The notes beneath the pieces were generated by a model. That model made no database searches. It was not told where the DNA came from and was given only the letters and a program-made list of their open reading frames with translations. A DNA stretch of 64,000 bases from Marsupella aquatica (taxonomy: Eukaryota; Plantae; Marchantiophyta), in the NCBI GenBank assembly GCA_973895155.1, contig OZ316894.1, positions 5,480,944-5,544,943 of the forward strand, given 5' to 3'. Both the position numbers and the translations under genes were made by a program. Shown one piece after another: positions 37,369 to 50,480 of this stretch. Position 1 is the stretch's first letter, and each line of letters begins with the position of its first letter.

Positions 37369-39217
37369 ATGAGGAACCAAGGTGGCAAGGGCTCCAAACG
37401 GAAGGCCGAGACTAATTTTGTGGATGCCTACAGTGGAGCCAGTGAACTAGCCCCTCCGCCGGCCTCGAGAGATGTATTCGCAGTTCCTGCCAAGCTCCGG
37501 AAAATAATGAAGCTCAAGTCAATGATGACTGGAGGTATGTCACAGAACAGTTCCTTCCCAGTCCCTCTGTGTCCACCCACCGTGTTCTGTTGAAGCCAGG
37601 TTTGGTTTGCCGTTGCTCAAGTCGATTTGGTCGCTTCTGAAATCTGTGTTATCTGGTGTCCAGGAGCTCGGAATGATGGACAAGCAGATCCACGAGCTGG
37701 GAAGGGGAGTGAGAAAAAGACGAACAAGGTCGGAATGATATTTTTGCTGCTATGTATTGTCTCTGTTTCTACCACGCAATAGATTAGGACGTTGATTCTA
37801 AAACCCTATACCCTAGACATGGATCGGCCTTTTAGGTAATCCTCTGAAACTCTAGCTTACTGCAGGGACTCATTTGCTATCAGACTATTGCCTTCGAACT
37901 TGTGAAGGAAGTTGTGGGAGACTGGCAGCGGCTGTGATGAGACATTTTGCCTCAGAAGTGAATTGTCTAGTTCAATTGTGGACATGGTGTAGTCAAATTC
38001 TGAGCCGTTGCCAATGTCTTGTACTCATTAATTCTCTCGTCATACGGTTCGGTTACTACCTGAATCCCCTAGAGTTTTGTTAATCCTCTTTCACCTTATT
38101 GAGGAATGGGTACACGGCATCTGGAGTGCCGCGTGTCTTTGTTGATCTCAATCTGGCGAGAAATTTTAATTTATATTGCCTTCGTGGGCGTTTTCAAATG
38201 TGGATTGTGGTCTGCGCAACTAACTAATGGTATTACTTCAGGGCAGGTTGCGAAGAAATCTTCCAGTGGTATGACCGTGAAAGATCTTGGCGTCAAGGGA
38301 ACCCCGGGGATTAGCAACGTGAGAGGAACCGAATTGAACTCTGGCACTCCAGATCAGCCTGCAGAGAAGGGAAAGGGTTCTTTTGCCAGAAAATGGAAGA
38401 AAGGGGAGGAAGAGCTCAAGAGGCTGGTCGAGAAGATGGACAAAAGAGAAAAGACTGGTATCAAGCATGGTGTCAGTGATAGACGGAAGAGGTAGTTTAT
38501 TGTGTTTGAATTGCATACAGGGCTAGAACAGTTCGTCTTCCCTGTCTAGTTTGTGCTCAAGTCCTAAATTATGTCGAGCCAAGTGTTCTGTCCCTGTGAG
38601 GAACTGTTTTGTTACTCTCACTCAGTCTTTCCTTCGATTTCCAGCACTCAGTCTTTCCTTCGATTTCCAGCTTTTTACAGGAGAAAAAGAAGAAGAAGAA
38701 AAGGAATATGCCAGACGCAGATGCCGTACCTGCCCTCAATCAGTATGAAAAAGTTGAGTTTGGCGACATTGTACAGGCCCCTCCAAGGCTCTCATTCCCG
38801 AAAAAAGCTGCAGAGGTGAGTGTCGTGAATAGGAAGCATTTCTAGTGAGGATTTGGCTCAGAACTTCCAGGGTTATGTCCTGATTTCGTTTTATCTGATT
38901 TACAAACATGTACTGCACGCATGACTTATTCCTACAAACTTTGTAGATGACCATACTCCATAGAACTATCTGTCCGTATTTTCGTCTCATTTTCGGCGTC
39001 ATTTCACGTCAGGGTAATCCCGGACACACAAATGACGATCTGTAACTGCTTTACTTGCGTGCAGGTGAAGGAAAAAGTAAAACTACGGGATGACCAAGCA
39101 GTAATGCGAGAAAAAATGCGTTCAGCAGCCATTGAGTCCTATCGCCAGCGCAAGGAGTCTTCTAGTTCGGGTGGTCAACATCTTCGTGTGTTGAACTTTG
39201 GAGTTTTAGAAAAATGA
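37369..39217 (+). CDS. CCDC137-like basic coiled-coil (probably nucleolar) protein, ~257 aa, 5 exons
   Basis: Exons 37369-37534, 37664-37728, 38247-38491, 38671-38815 and 39065-39217 are phase-consistent (774 nt). Motifs GGKGSKRK, PPP..D..PAKLRKIM, poly-K, EKVEFGDIVQAPPRL and REKMRSAAIESYR resemble the recalled CCDC137 family. Confidence 0.8.
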
Positions 39218-39794
39218 CGTGCTTGAGGAATTTCCCTTGTCCCTGTCGAACTGCTTGGTTCACAAGTGGTATAGGAGGCTGGAGTTGGCAGCCATTAAAT
39301 GTATATAATTTTTGAGAGCAGAAAATTATCCTCTCTATTTTGCATTTCAGTTCAACACGCAATTTTCTCAGTTGGAATCGTTGCATTCATTGTGTCGAAG
39401 GTGCTACAAGCCTCGGGGCCAGAGGAGGATCACCAATAACACCCTAGTGTTGACTTGCAAATGATGCCGGAGTTTATCCGTGGATATGAACAATTTTTTT
39501 GCCATGAATGTTTTTAAGCGCACTTCCAAAAACATGAATAAGCCGATGGCGCCAGACCCTCCCCAAAGTAGACTGGAATGCTTCGGTCGAGATATGGAAT
39601 TCTGACATGGAAAAGGCTCCAGAGAAGAAGGGCATCGGGCGTCTTCCGCGCTAGCCAAACTACTGGGCTTCCAGGGACGAGCTGAAGTTTGGTCACGAGT
39701 ATCTGTATTTTCATGATGCTGAGACAGTTCGACTGAGAAATGCACTGACATCTTCATTTGACCAGTCACTACAGTCTTGGTAAGCCAGAAAAGT

Positions 39795-40145
39795 AAATGT
39801 GCTGACAATCGTTGGACTCAGCATTCGTCCCTAGTGAACCGTGTATCCCAGAAACTTCGCCCAGAACAGCCTTTCGAAATGTCTGTTGGGGACTGATCGC
39901 TAGAGCAAATGGGCTGACAATCGCTGGACTTGCCATTCGTCCACAGTAAAGGTCCATCTCAGTTATCCTAGACAGTGCTCCGAAACATCGTTTCCGAATG
40001 TCTTATTAAAACTGATGAGTAGAGCAAATGGGCTGACAATGGCTGGACTCGGCGTTCGTCCATAGTGAAGGTCCACCGTAATTACTCGACAAACTCCTCC
40101 CAAAACGTCCTCTCCGAATTTTGTTGGAGACTGATCGGTAGAACG
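39795..40145. repeat. Diverged ~112-119-bp tandem repeat x3
   Basis: Core 'gctgacaat(c/g)g(c/t)tggact....ttcgtcc..agt.aa' at 39801, 39913 and 40032. The intervening segments also resemble each other. Confidence 0.8.
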
Positions 40146-41004
40146 TAGTTTCGTGCCAAAGCGCAGACAAGTTCACTATCGAGACTAACTGTAGGTACCG
40201 ACCGCACTTCCGGTTCCCGCGAGGCATGTCGAAGAGAGGGATGAACGACGAAATTCAAAGACCATCGAAATGAAATATGCCACAAGGCCAACAATAAGCA
40301 GATACTTCGATGAGCTGAGAGATCATGCGTACAGCGACATGGAAAGAGGGCTGAGAGATCATGCGTCATCTCCGTAAGAAACGTCGAAGCTACCTATCAA
40401 ATCTACTCACCCGAATTTGCCTCCCTAACGAGATGCTCGATTTCAGGCTTTAGAACAACGTCTTGCAAGTTGCACAAATACATAGCCGAATGTCTTCACT
40501 GACGAGTGGTTTAAACTTCCTAGCGTTGTCTTGGAAGCTCAGTCAGACACAAGGTGCTCAATAGTGTGTACTTGCTCTTCACAAGACGTTCATCGTAGTA
40601 TCGTGGTGCAAGACGTTACCGTCGACCGATGCTGTCTTAGGATTCGAAATCCAATCCAACTCTTTCAACCTCCCTGTACGAGAGAGGACACCCAGAATGA
40701 CTGTGATTTAGTTTTCAAACCGACGAGAAAACCTGTGAATGAATGGCAAGAATCGTACCGCTCACACTCTGAGAGTCGATCCAATCTTCAGAGTAACTAA
40801 ACCTTCGCGCGGAGTTCGACAGCCTTAAACGGTTCGTGTATGGGGTTCTATTCTTTAAATTGGAATGACGAAACAAATGGCATGAAGATTGAACGGACCA
40901 AAGCGACTGAGGTCCTTCTGCCATGAATCGCAGGGGAATCAAGTGCAAAAAGGCACCCTTTACGCGATCCATGAAAAAGGGAACGCTCATCCGAAGGGAT
41001 CTTT

Positions 41005-41500
41005 TAGAACCTTTGGTCGACTAAATTGGGGAGCCTACAATCCTGTGACCTGTTTATCGTTTGTTCTTAGACTGTACAATCCACTGACGTATTCCCTTAG
41101 TTCGCGAACTTCGGCGGGCATCCTGCAGTCCTGTGAAGTGTTGCAATGGTTCGTGCGGGCGTACAATCCCGTGAATGGTTGTAACATTTGCTCCTCGAAT
41201 TTGATGGGCAAACAGTTTCGTGCAACGTTATCCTTGTTCCTGAACTGTAGCGGGCATACATTCCCGGCTTGAGCTGTGGCCTTCGTTCGTGAACTTTGTC
41301 GGGTATACAATCCCATGAACAGTTGCCGGGCTCGTGCCCTTTGCTGGGACACAATCCTGTCAATTTTTGCCTTGCTCCTGACGTTGGCGTGCATATTATT
41401 CCGTGAGATTTTGCCTTTTGTTCGTGAGCTTTGGCGGGAATCCAAATTTCGTGCAACGCTGCCTTTGTTCGGAACTTTGGCGGACACACATTTCCGTGGA
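41005..41500. repeat. Highly diverged ~42-48-bp minisatellite (~10-11 units)
   Basis: Recurrent 'gcctt.gttcgtgaactttggcggg.atacaatcc.gtga'-like units, with 'acaatcc' cores at ~41037, 41076, 41163, 41307 and 41351. Confidence 0.65.
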
Positions 41501-42774
41501 GGTGCATGAACATACCTGTTGGCCCGCCTGTTGGTCGATCCACTCTACGTATGGCGGTGGCTTGCCACCAAAGTTTGCAGTACGTGACGATACATTGAAG
41601 CAGGTCGTTGGCAAGTAGCCGGACGATCCCAACACCCGGAGCCGCGCACCTGGAGCTACTACTGGAAAGCTAATCCTTTCGCACGTTCACAGCAACCTCA
41701 CTCCGCGCCTTTCATCCGTCCCTTGAATTGATGCGTAGGCGGGAACCTCGCAGTACTGTAGTTGGAGGAGCTTTCGCAACTGTAGCCGCGTATACTGAGG
41801 TCAAGGCAGGCAGGCTGGTCATGCTGTGGGTAGTTCTCACTCCCGTCTACTGCACATGCCCTGAGTTTATGCTGCACGGAAGCAGTCGATCGTCAGATAG
41901 CCAATGACGAAGGTGCCAGGACGTTGAGCAGGAAGTTTTCTGTGCGGAATTCCACGAAGCGGAAGATATTCCTCGAATTCAGGCTGGAGCCTCAAACTCG
42001 CGGAAAGCCGTTTGAAACTTTAAAGTGAATCTTCTAATAAGACGGGAGCCCTTACCGTTACAACGGGGCATCGTGCAGGAGCATGTTCATTCCCAAACAC
42101 AAGGCCAGTGAGATATTTGATGTTTCAGTTTTGTGACGTAACATCATTTACATAGTGACGTCGCTGAGAATACAGGACTTCCATATATATATTTATTAGA
42201 CACTCGATCATGCCAATTGTCTAACATATCTCGATGTGACAGATATCTTTTTATTCCTTCATATCATCTCGTGTTGAAGATCCAGTGCTTGTTCACGCAT
42301 AGTATTACTGACTCTCGCATCCTTGAAGACCAATTTGGACGAAGGTCAGCTTGAAGACCCATTTGGACGAAGGTCAGTTCCTTGGTCGGGAGATCTGATA
42401 AGGATTATCGTCGAATGATAGAGGGTCGATCTCAAATCCTATTATAATATCCAGACGCGATCGACGAGCAGCGCTTGATCGAGGTAGCATCACATTGCTC
42501 GAGGTAGCATCACATTGCTTGCCTTCAGTGGGATCTGGCGACATTTGAGGGGTGGGATCTGACGACATTTAGTGATCTCGCAGAATGGTCTCGAGGAATC
42601 GGAGACTGGAACCACAATGAATCACAGCACAACTTCCTTGCTCATGATGATCTGAGGGCTCATGGACTGGGAGCTTTGATTTGGGGGACCGAGCTGACAT
42701 TTTTAAGAAGCGACCGATCCCACGGAATTTGTAGATTGGGATCTGGGCTCGTCAGTAGCTAGCCAGCTGCAAAA

Positions 42775-45700
42775 ATGGCTTACGGTCTCTACGGTCCAGT
42801 TCCCAGCAGGGAGTACAGTTTTGACTCGCGCTATGGCGAAGCGCAGCCTGTGATACATGATTTCGACGATCCAGACCGAGATCCAGACACGCCAACGTAC
42901 CATGGAGTCGTGCCACCTCTTTTCCAGTTTAGCCACAGTCTTGAGAGGAATTCTGTCGAGTTAGAGAGGAGACCTTCCAGACGTTTGCTGATCAACGAAG
43001 GGCGAAACGTTCTGTCTGGAAAGAGTCCTCGTGTGGCTCCAAAGAACCGCACATATGATCTGGCCATACAGAAGCTTGTCTACATGGTCTGGACCAGCTC
43101 GCTTCACCTGATTGACATGATTGACAACATATCACGTAGCCATTTCTTTTCTTCATGGACTGAGTGACTGCGCTCTTGTGATTCGGTTGAAACAAATGCA
43201 TATATATTGAGTCTAGGCAGAAGGGACTGATTGATGCATCATGTTATGTCATTGGCCTGGCTAGATTATTCAATAATGATGATTGTTTTGAACCCTGTGC
43301 CCTGGAGATCTTAGACAGAATAGGTATCATCATAACTGATAATATATCATGCATGTGTTTTTCCTGTGAGCTTGACTATTGTCTGTACCTAATCTGAACG
43401 AATGCCAATCCCACTATAGAACGTGTTTTGAGAAGTAACATTGAATTGAATACATGTATCATTTTGAAATGCATGTGTAAACGAAACAAGTGCCTCAGTA
43501 GATTGTGACGAAATAAATGGACCATTTATTTAGAATGCTGCTGACGTAATTCAATATTTGCAAGTCCAGGTTATGGTGAAAGATAAAGAGACGAAGGAAA
43601 AGAAGGAGAGAACTCTTCTCAATAGTGTCACTGCAGAGGCAAGACATGGAGAACTCCTGGCTATATTTGGGCCATCTGGATCTGGCAAGACTACCCTGTT
43701 AGACGCATTGGCAGGGAGGATTGACAAGAAAAGTCTAGGTGGATCTATACTGGTAAATGGAAAACCTATGGACAGCAAATTCAAGAGGATATCAGGCTAT
43801 GTCATGCAAGACGATGCCCTCTTCCCCCTCTTGACTGTACGAGAAACTCTTCTCTACAGTGCTCGTTTAAAAATGCGAGGGAACTTGACTTACCAAGAAA
43901 AGGAGGCGAGAGTAGAGCATGTCATCCAACAACTGGGCCTGGGCTCATGTGCCAACACCAAAGTTGGAAATGATGTAGTAAGACACTCTATTCTCTCAAC
44001 AATCACATCATTATCTTGAAACAAGTGATTTCGTTTGATTTTTGAATAATCTCTATTAGTTTTTCTTGACGTATATGTGGTGAGAAATCATATTGCTTAA
44101 CATAAGGCTTGAGCCCAAGTTTACACAAAAGTCGATGCCTCCAAATAAACTTCTCAATCTATAAACTTCTCATAATTCAATACTGAAGAAAAATAACGTT
44201 TCACTAAGTATTTCTATTGCATGTTTTTTGTAGTCTTTGAACAGTCGAGCTCAAACGAACAATTATTGTGTCCCAAAATCCATTGCGTGGAATTGTGACA
44301 GTTTTACAATGAATTGCTCAAATAGTTTCAACCAGGGTGTCAACAGTAAGAAACGTTATCACAGTCAAATAAATAAATTAGTGTCGGCCTGAACGTGTAG
44401 TGGCCTGTTGTTAAGTACTGAAGAAAAATAACGTTTCACTAAGTATTTCTATTGCATGTTTTTTGTAGTCTTTGAACAGTTGAGCTCAAACGAACAATTC
44501 TTGTGTCCCAAAATCCATTGCGTTGAATTGTGAATGCCCGTGTGAATGTTTACAATGAATTGCTCAAATAGTTTCAACCAGGATGTCAACAGTAAGAAAA
44601 GTTATCACAGTCAAATAAATAAATTAGTGTCGGCGTGAACGTCTAGTCTCCTGTTGTTAAGTACTGAAAAAAAATAACGTTTCACTAAGTATTTCTATTG
44701 CATGTTTTTTGTAGTCTTTGAACAGTTGAGCTCAAACGAACAATTCTTGTGTCCCAAAATCCATTGCGTTGAATTGTAAATGCCCGTGTGAATGTTTACA
44801 ATGAATTGCTCAAATAGTTTCAACCAGGGTGTCAACAGTAAGAAAAGTTATCACAGTCAAATAAATAAATTAGTGTCGGCGTGAACGTGTAGTCTCCTGT
44901 TGTTAAGTATTGATAGTACTACTAGCTGTAGTGACTTTGTTATAATGTGAATTTGTGGGGGATGAAATCAGATCAGAGGAGTCTCAGGAGGGGAGAGGAG
45001 GCGAGTATCCATTGGAGTGGATGTGATCCATGATCCAGCAGTGCTAATGCTAGACGAACCCACATCTGGATTAGATAGCACATCTGCATTGCAAGTGATG
45101 GAGCACCTGTCTACAATGGCCAAACAGCATGGGCGCACTGTTATTCTCACAATTCATCAGCCTGGCTACTCAGTGCTTGAGACTATCCACAATTGTTTGG
45201 TGCTGGTGCAAGGGAATGTTATCTACCATGGTCGTCCTGTTGGTATGGTCAACTATTTTGCTGACCTTGGCTACACCATGCCTGAACATGTACGCTTCCT
45301 TCCCTCCTTTCCATATTAAGTATACTTAGTTGAAGATTTGTAGACTCTAGGTGACTGAACATAATTATTATAGTGTCATAATATAGTGGTTGTCTGATGG
45401 TATATCATGACCACTTCATATTATGACCTCTCCTCCTCAACCTCCTCAATTGCTTTTTGATAGTCAAGACCACATATATGGAGCCCTATTCTGTTGCATG
45501 CATGGATTGGACGTTTTGAAGGTCATGTTGATTATATGACAATACTGCAGATAACAACGGTGGAATACTTCTTGAAGACCGTCAATGACTGCCGAGAGCA
45601 AGGTCCAAAAGGTCTGGTCAGGCTTGTTGAGTACTATGTGAGTACAAATAAACCTAGCTTCCACTTCTGTACCTGAAAATTAACGACAACTGTTGGTTCT

Positions 45701-47739
45701 CAGAATTCTATTTTCTCCGCTTAGAATGGAATTTAAACTCATATCATGATTGTTCATGTTTGCATGCAGCAAGAAAGGAGAAAGGGGTTGATAAAAAAGG
45801 ATGAGCAAATTGTGATTAAATCTGTACACACAGATGACTTTCAACAGACATATGCAGCATCATTTGCAATGCAAACACTTGTTTTGGCTGAGAGAAATTT
45901 GAAGAACACGTTCCGGACAAAAGAGCTCTTTCTTGGCCGAGTTGCCATGCTTGTAAGCATTTTACACGTACTACAACAAAAGCATAATTATGCAGACACT
46001 TAATATAATTACTAGTTACAGAGACTTCAGTATGTGCAGTATCTGTGTTTCAAAAGATTGATTTGCTCAGAGATATTAGATTATTTCTAGTCCAGCTGAA
46101 AATAACCATTTGAGAAAACTCAGCTTCAATCTTAAAGAAATTTGGAATCCTTTCATCATGATTACAATAATGATATCTTAAAGACCTGTTCTGCAAGTGA
46201 CTGTCACAAGTTTTCAAGCCACATAAATCTTGATAGACTAAATGAACATATTGTTACATTAGGAAGATTTCAGTTTTGCTGGCTTTGTGAAAAAAATTAT
46301 CATGACAACAAAAATGCAAATTAATCTAAGTGGCTTCAATTTATTGATGTTTCAAATTCACAGATGGTTGGAGCTTTGGTAATGGGCTCTCTATTCTTCA
46401 GGGTGAAGTTGGATGATGTGGGTCTGCGACAAAGACAATCTTTTATTGGTTTTTCCCTCTCATTTGTACTTTTCACCTCTGCCCAAACTTTGCCCCTCAT
46501 TGTTTGGGAGCGCCAAATATTCATTCGAGAGACTACTCGAGGTGCCTACAGTGCATCTGCTTATGTATTGTCAGGTAATTAAGAGACCCTATAATTAGTT
46601 CATTTGACTGTACCTCAGTTTTTCACGTGGAGCATGAAGCATAAGTTCTGAGTTCAGGATCAAAGTTGATCATGCACTACAAGAAATTAGTAAACTGCCT
46701 GCTTCTTGTATAAATTTTAGTGAAGAACAATAACTTAGGTTGTAAGTTAGAAAATGACCAATGTATTTGCTGTGTATTTTAAGTGTTTAGAGCGCTGTTG
46801 ATGTGTTCCAAATGGTAGGTAATAGTTCAGTACAACATTACAGAATTTAAATTAACCATGTTGAGTTTTTTATTTCTTGATTTGGGCAAGTCTTCCTTGC
46901 TAACATGAAGAGTTTTATCAGAGAAGATCATGAAACTATAATGGATCACTAACGCAACTGATAACTCGAAACATGTGACAGGTAGCTTGGTCATCCTACC
47001 GTTCTTACTTATTCTTGCAATGGTGTTCTCATGTATCTCATATCCTATGGTGGGATTTGCGCTCGAAGCACAGGCCTTCTTATTCTACGCTCTGGTCTAC
47101 TTCCTTGTTTTGACTGTCGCCACTAGCTTTGTCACCTGCATTGCTGGCCTAATTCCAGACCTTGTGACCTCAAATGGTGTTCTTCAAGCATGTCTGTCCT
47201 TCTTCTTCCTCTTCTCTGGCTATTTCATTCAAAGGTATGTAACTTTTGCATCTATTATCTCAATCATTGGATGTTTGAATTATTCAATTTCCCTTTCCTT
47301 TTGCTTGTACTAAAGGATGTCTGAGATAAAAACCACATCTAACTCTCTCACACTAAATTAAGAGCTGTGTATGCATTCATACTCTGGAAGTTGCAAAAGG
47401 TTTAATTTGGGTAATCTCCAATTAATCATATCTGAGTCGTACCCTGGAAGTCTGATCTTATTTTATTTTTGCAGGGATGCCATTCCAAAATACTGGATAT
47501 GGGTGCACTACCTCTCATTGCATAAGTATCCTTATGAAGCCTTGATGAGGAATGAACTCAAACAGTACCCTCACCTAGAGTGGGAACCGGGCTTGAACAC
47601 TGACGAGTATTTAAGCTCTATCTCCTTAGCACATGTACATCAATGGCACAATGTGGCCATGTTGGTCATTTTCACTGTGGCCTACCGCCTTGTTTATTAT
47701 TTCCATCTTGTATGTACACGGAAGCACACACGAAAGTGA
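42775..47739 (+). CDS. Half-size ABCG (WBC/White-family) transporter, NBD-TMD order, about 8 exons
   Basis: Walker [10 protein letters not shown]-loop GYVMQDD, signature/Walker [13 protein letters not shown]...[10 protein letters not shown]-loop [15 protein letters not shown] and [19 protein letters not shown]. Approximate exons: 42775-43086, 43570-43977, 44972-45289, 45551-~45637, ~45770-45952, 46364-46574, 46982-47234, 47475-47739. Confidence 0.95.
44181..44909. repeat. ~235-246-bp tandem triplication inside ABCG intron 2
   Basis: 'tactgaa.aaaaataacgtttcactaagtatttctattgcatg' starts at 44181, 44416 and 44662. The copies are nearly identical. Confidence 0.95.
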
Positions 47740-49725
47740 ATACAGAGTGACTCTGAAAAGTAGTAGTAGTAGACACAAGCATGTAGGGTTATCACATATT
47801 AGTGCTAGTACTTACGAGTCAGGTTGACATTATTTACACTGTTCTAAACAATGCTGCCAATAGGAATCCTTAGTTTGTAAAAAGCTAGATGGGTGTGCAT
47901 TTAGGGAAGAGTTGATGAGGAAAATGAAGTGTTGAATGAGACTTTTTCATTCATCTCATGATTGTCATTAGCTAAATGGATAAGTGGACTTATGTCAGCC
48001 AACCTTTGATCAAGTCAATTTGATTTGATTCTGAGCACAAAGTGTCAAGAGGCCCAATCACATGGATTCGCTGAAAATCATTTTGTGATTATTATGAATT
48101 GTAAATGGAAATTCAGGTTGGTAGACACGAGGGTAGACAACAAAATTGGGGACAAAATAGGGTCACCGATTCTGAGATCTGCCATATTAAAGCGTCTTTT
48201 ATTTATCCAAATACATACCTTGCCACTATTTCTAGTTTAATTACTATTTTTGCCATCTTTTTTCACAGTTTGTTAAGTAACTTTAGTTAGCTTGGAACAA
48301 TCCGACTCGCTGTGTGAACATCTGGTCAGGTCTCATTATCAGATGGTCATCTGTTTCCTCTAGAACTGCCCTACCGTAGATCTACACTCACTGCAAGTAA
48401 CTGACATCCTTTCCAACTCTCAGTAAGTGGAGTCTCTGTTTTTGATCTCCCAGTACCCTAACCTGCTCGGCCCCCTCTTCGGTGGCTGCCTCACTCTCCA
48501 TCCCCCTGGTCGGGAGTGGATGAGGGTGTTGAGGTTATGTTGTGGATCATGACAGTTGTTGAATCTACAATAAAATTTGGTAGGATGTTGACCATTGGAT
48601 TATTAAAATCTAACCAGAGTTACTTTTCTGAACCGCTGGTTGGGAAAGGTGACGAAGTAGTAATCCGACAAAAAGAGTGTCAATCTTGTAAATCTGGATC
48701 AGGTCATTGTGGAGTTCTATTCTAGGCCAATGAATGCCTCACCAGCATACGGCCATACCATCTGCTTTAGGATTTTAGTCAATAAAGTTTCTACTCCAGA
48801 TATTTTTCTTAATGGGGGCATAAGCACCTTCACTCAATGGGGCATAAGCACCTTCACAAAATCTCCACATAAAAGAATGATACTCCACATGTGTTACTCC
48901 ACAAAAATGGGGCATAATTAACAGAAGCACCTTATTCACTCAATCAGTCAAGATCAAGGTTGTGCTGACGAAAATCAAATCAAGCTCAAGATCTATGAAA
49001 ACTATGGTCAAAGGTAGGCTTGGCCACAATAAACCAAAAACTCTCAACTTGCAGTGCTTCTCAGGTTTTCTGAGAATTCTGTTGCATATGTCATCATGTG
49101 TCTTCTTACTGGGTGGCTTGTGCATGTTGGGTTTGGTCGGGGAGGGATTGTTGCCACTTGAGTTCAGACAGAGTACTGTCTTCTAGGTGAGAAGACACAA
49201 AGAAAAGATCCCATGGTTGGAGAATGTCTGGAATGGTGGAAGTGAAAGACTTGTCACTCAGTTCAGGACATTGCTGGAGAAACGAGGACTGACTAAACCA
49301 AAAGTGACGGTAATTTCTTGCTTACTTACATGACTGAATTGAGCATAATTAGGACACTGAATTGCCCTCACAAAGGTCAGAGAAATGCTGCATAAATTTT
49401 TTGAGATGTGACAGCTTACAGTGAGGATCAAGCCTGACATTTGCAGGCACCTAACCCAGCACCTAACATATTTGGTGGTGAGGGACTAAGTTGTCCAATA
49501 CAGTGTTCTTCCTATGGGATACAACTCATTGCAATCATCCCAAGTGTAGCATTCCTTATCATAAGGCATGTATAACTTGTTGGATTGCCCTCAACATACA
49601 AAACTGGCCATGAACTTTCAAAATGACCAGAATGCCCGTCAGCTGCTTCCAATCTATTTTGTCCAGGCCTTGACTTTGATTGAGGCAACTATAGGGAGGA
49701 AATTTCTTTCAGGTATCGTTGTAAC

Positions 49726-49878
49726 TATATGGAAGTCCATTTATGCAAATTCTTCACTGAAACTTATCCTCAATATAATTGATCTCCGGCTTATGCGGTG
49801 TTAATTATATGGAAGTCCATTAATGCAAATTCTTCACTGAAACTTATCCTCACTATAATTGATCCCCCGCTAATGCGG
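49726..49878. repeat. 80-bp tandem duplication
   Basis: 'tatatggaagtccatt.atgcaaattcttcactgaaacttatcctca.tataattgatc' occurs twice. Confidence 0.9.
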
Positions 49879-50094
49879 AGTGTGAAATACAAATTTACTC
49901 AATCATGCTGCCGAACATAGGTTTAGCACTATTACTACCCAAGTATTGGTCCTGAAGCATTCATGTGTTTGCCTCTCTTTTGGGATGGCCTTTAAGGCTT
50001 CCCCGACACTTTTTTTTCTGTAGTTTATTGAGATGTGTCATGTTGCCCATTAAGTGTTTGAGCTGTGACTCTTAGTGACCTACTATGCAGGTGG

Positions 50095-50480
50095 ACCTAA
50101 CCAGATTTTTCAGTTGTCGGCTCGTTGCTCTCCTGCCTCCCGGTTTGGAGCTTATTGCCAAGTTGGGCTTTAGTTATTTCCTTGTTGCTTTTATTATTTT
50201 CTTGTTTGTGGCCCTTTGCCCGAATCTTATCAGATTTTTCAATTTATTGCTCAGTAGGGCTTTAATTGTTTTCGTGTTGGTGGCTCTTTGCTCCCCTGCC
50301 TTCCGGTGAGGAGCTTATTGCCCAGAAGGGTTTTAGTTTTCTCCTGTTGGCAATTTGCTCACCTGCCTCCCGGTTTGGGCTTCCTTTACCAGACTTTTCA
50401 GTTTATTGCGCAGTGGGGCTTTTAGTCATTCTGCCTGGTTTGGAGCTTCACAATTCTGCCTGGTTTGGAACTTTGGCTCG
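50095..50480. repeat. Degenerate T-rich repeat with 'cctgcctcccggtttggagctt' cores
   Basis: Similar cores at ~50132, 50295, 50362 and 50431. Confidence 0.6.

Noticed and set aside
39795-40145. Repeat-spacer (CRISPR-like) or RNA-gene array
   Set aside because: The apparent spacers are homologous to each other, and I see no clear snoRNA or tRNA hallmarks.
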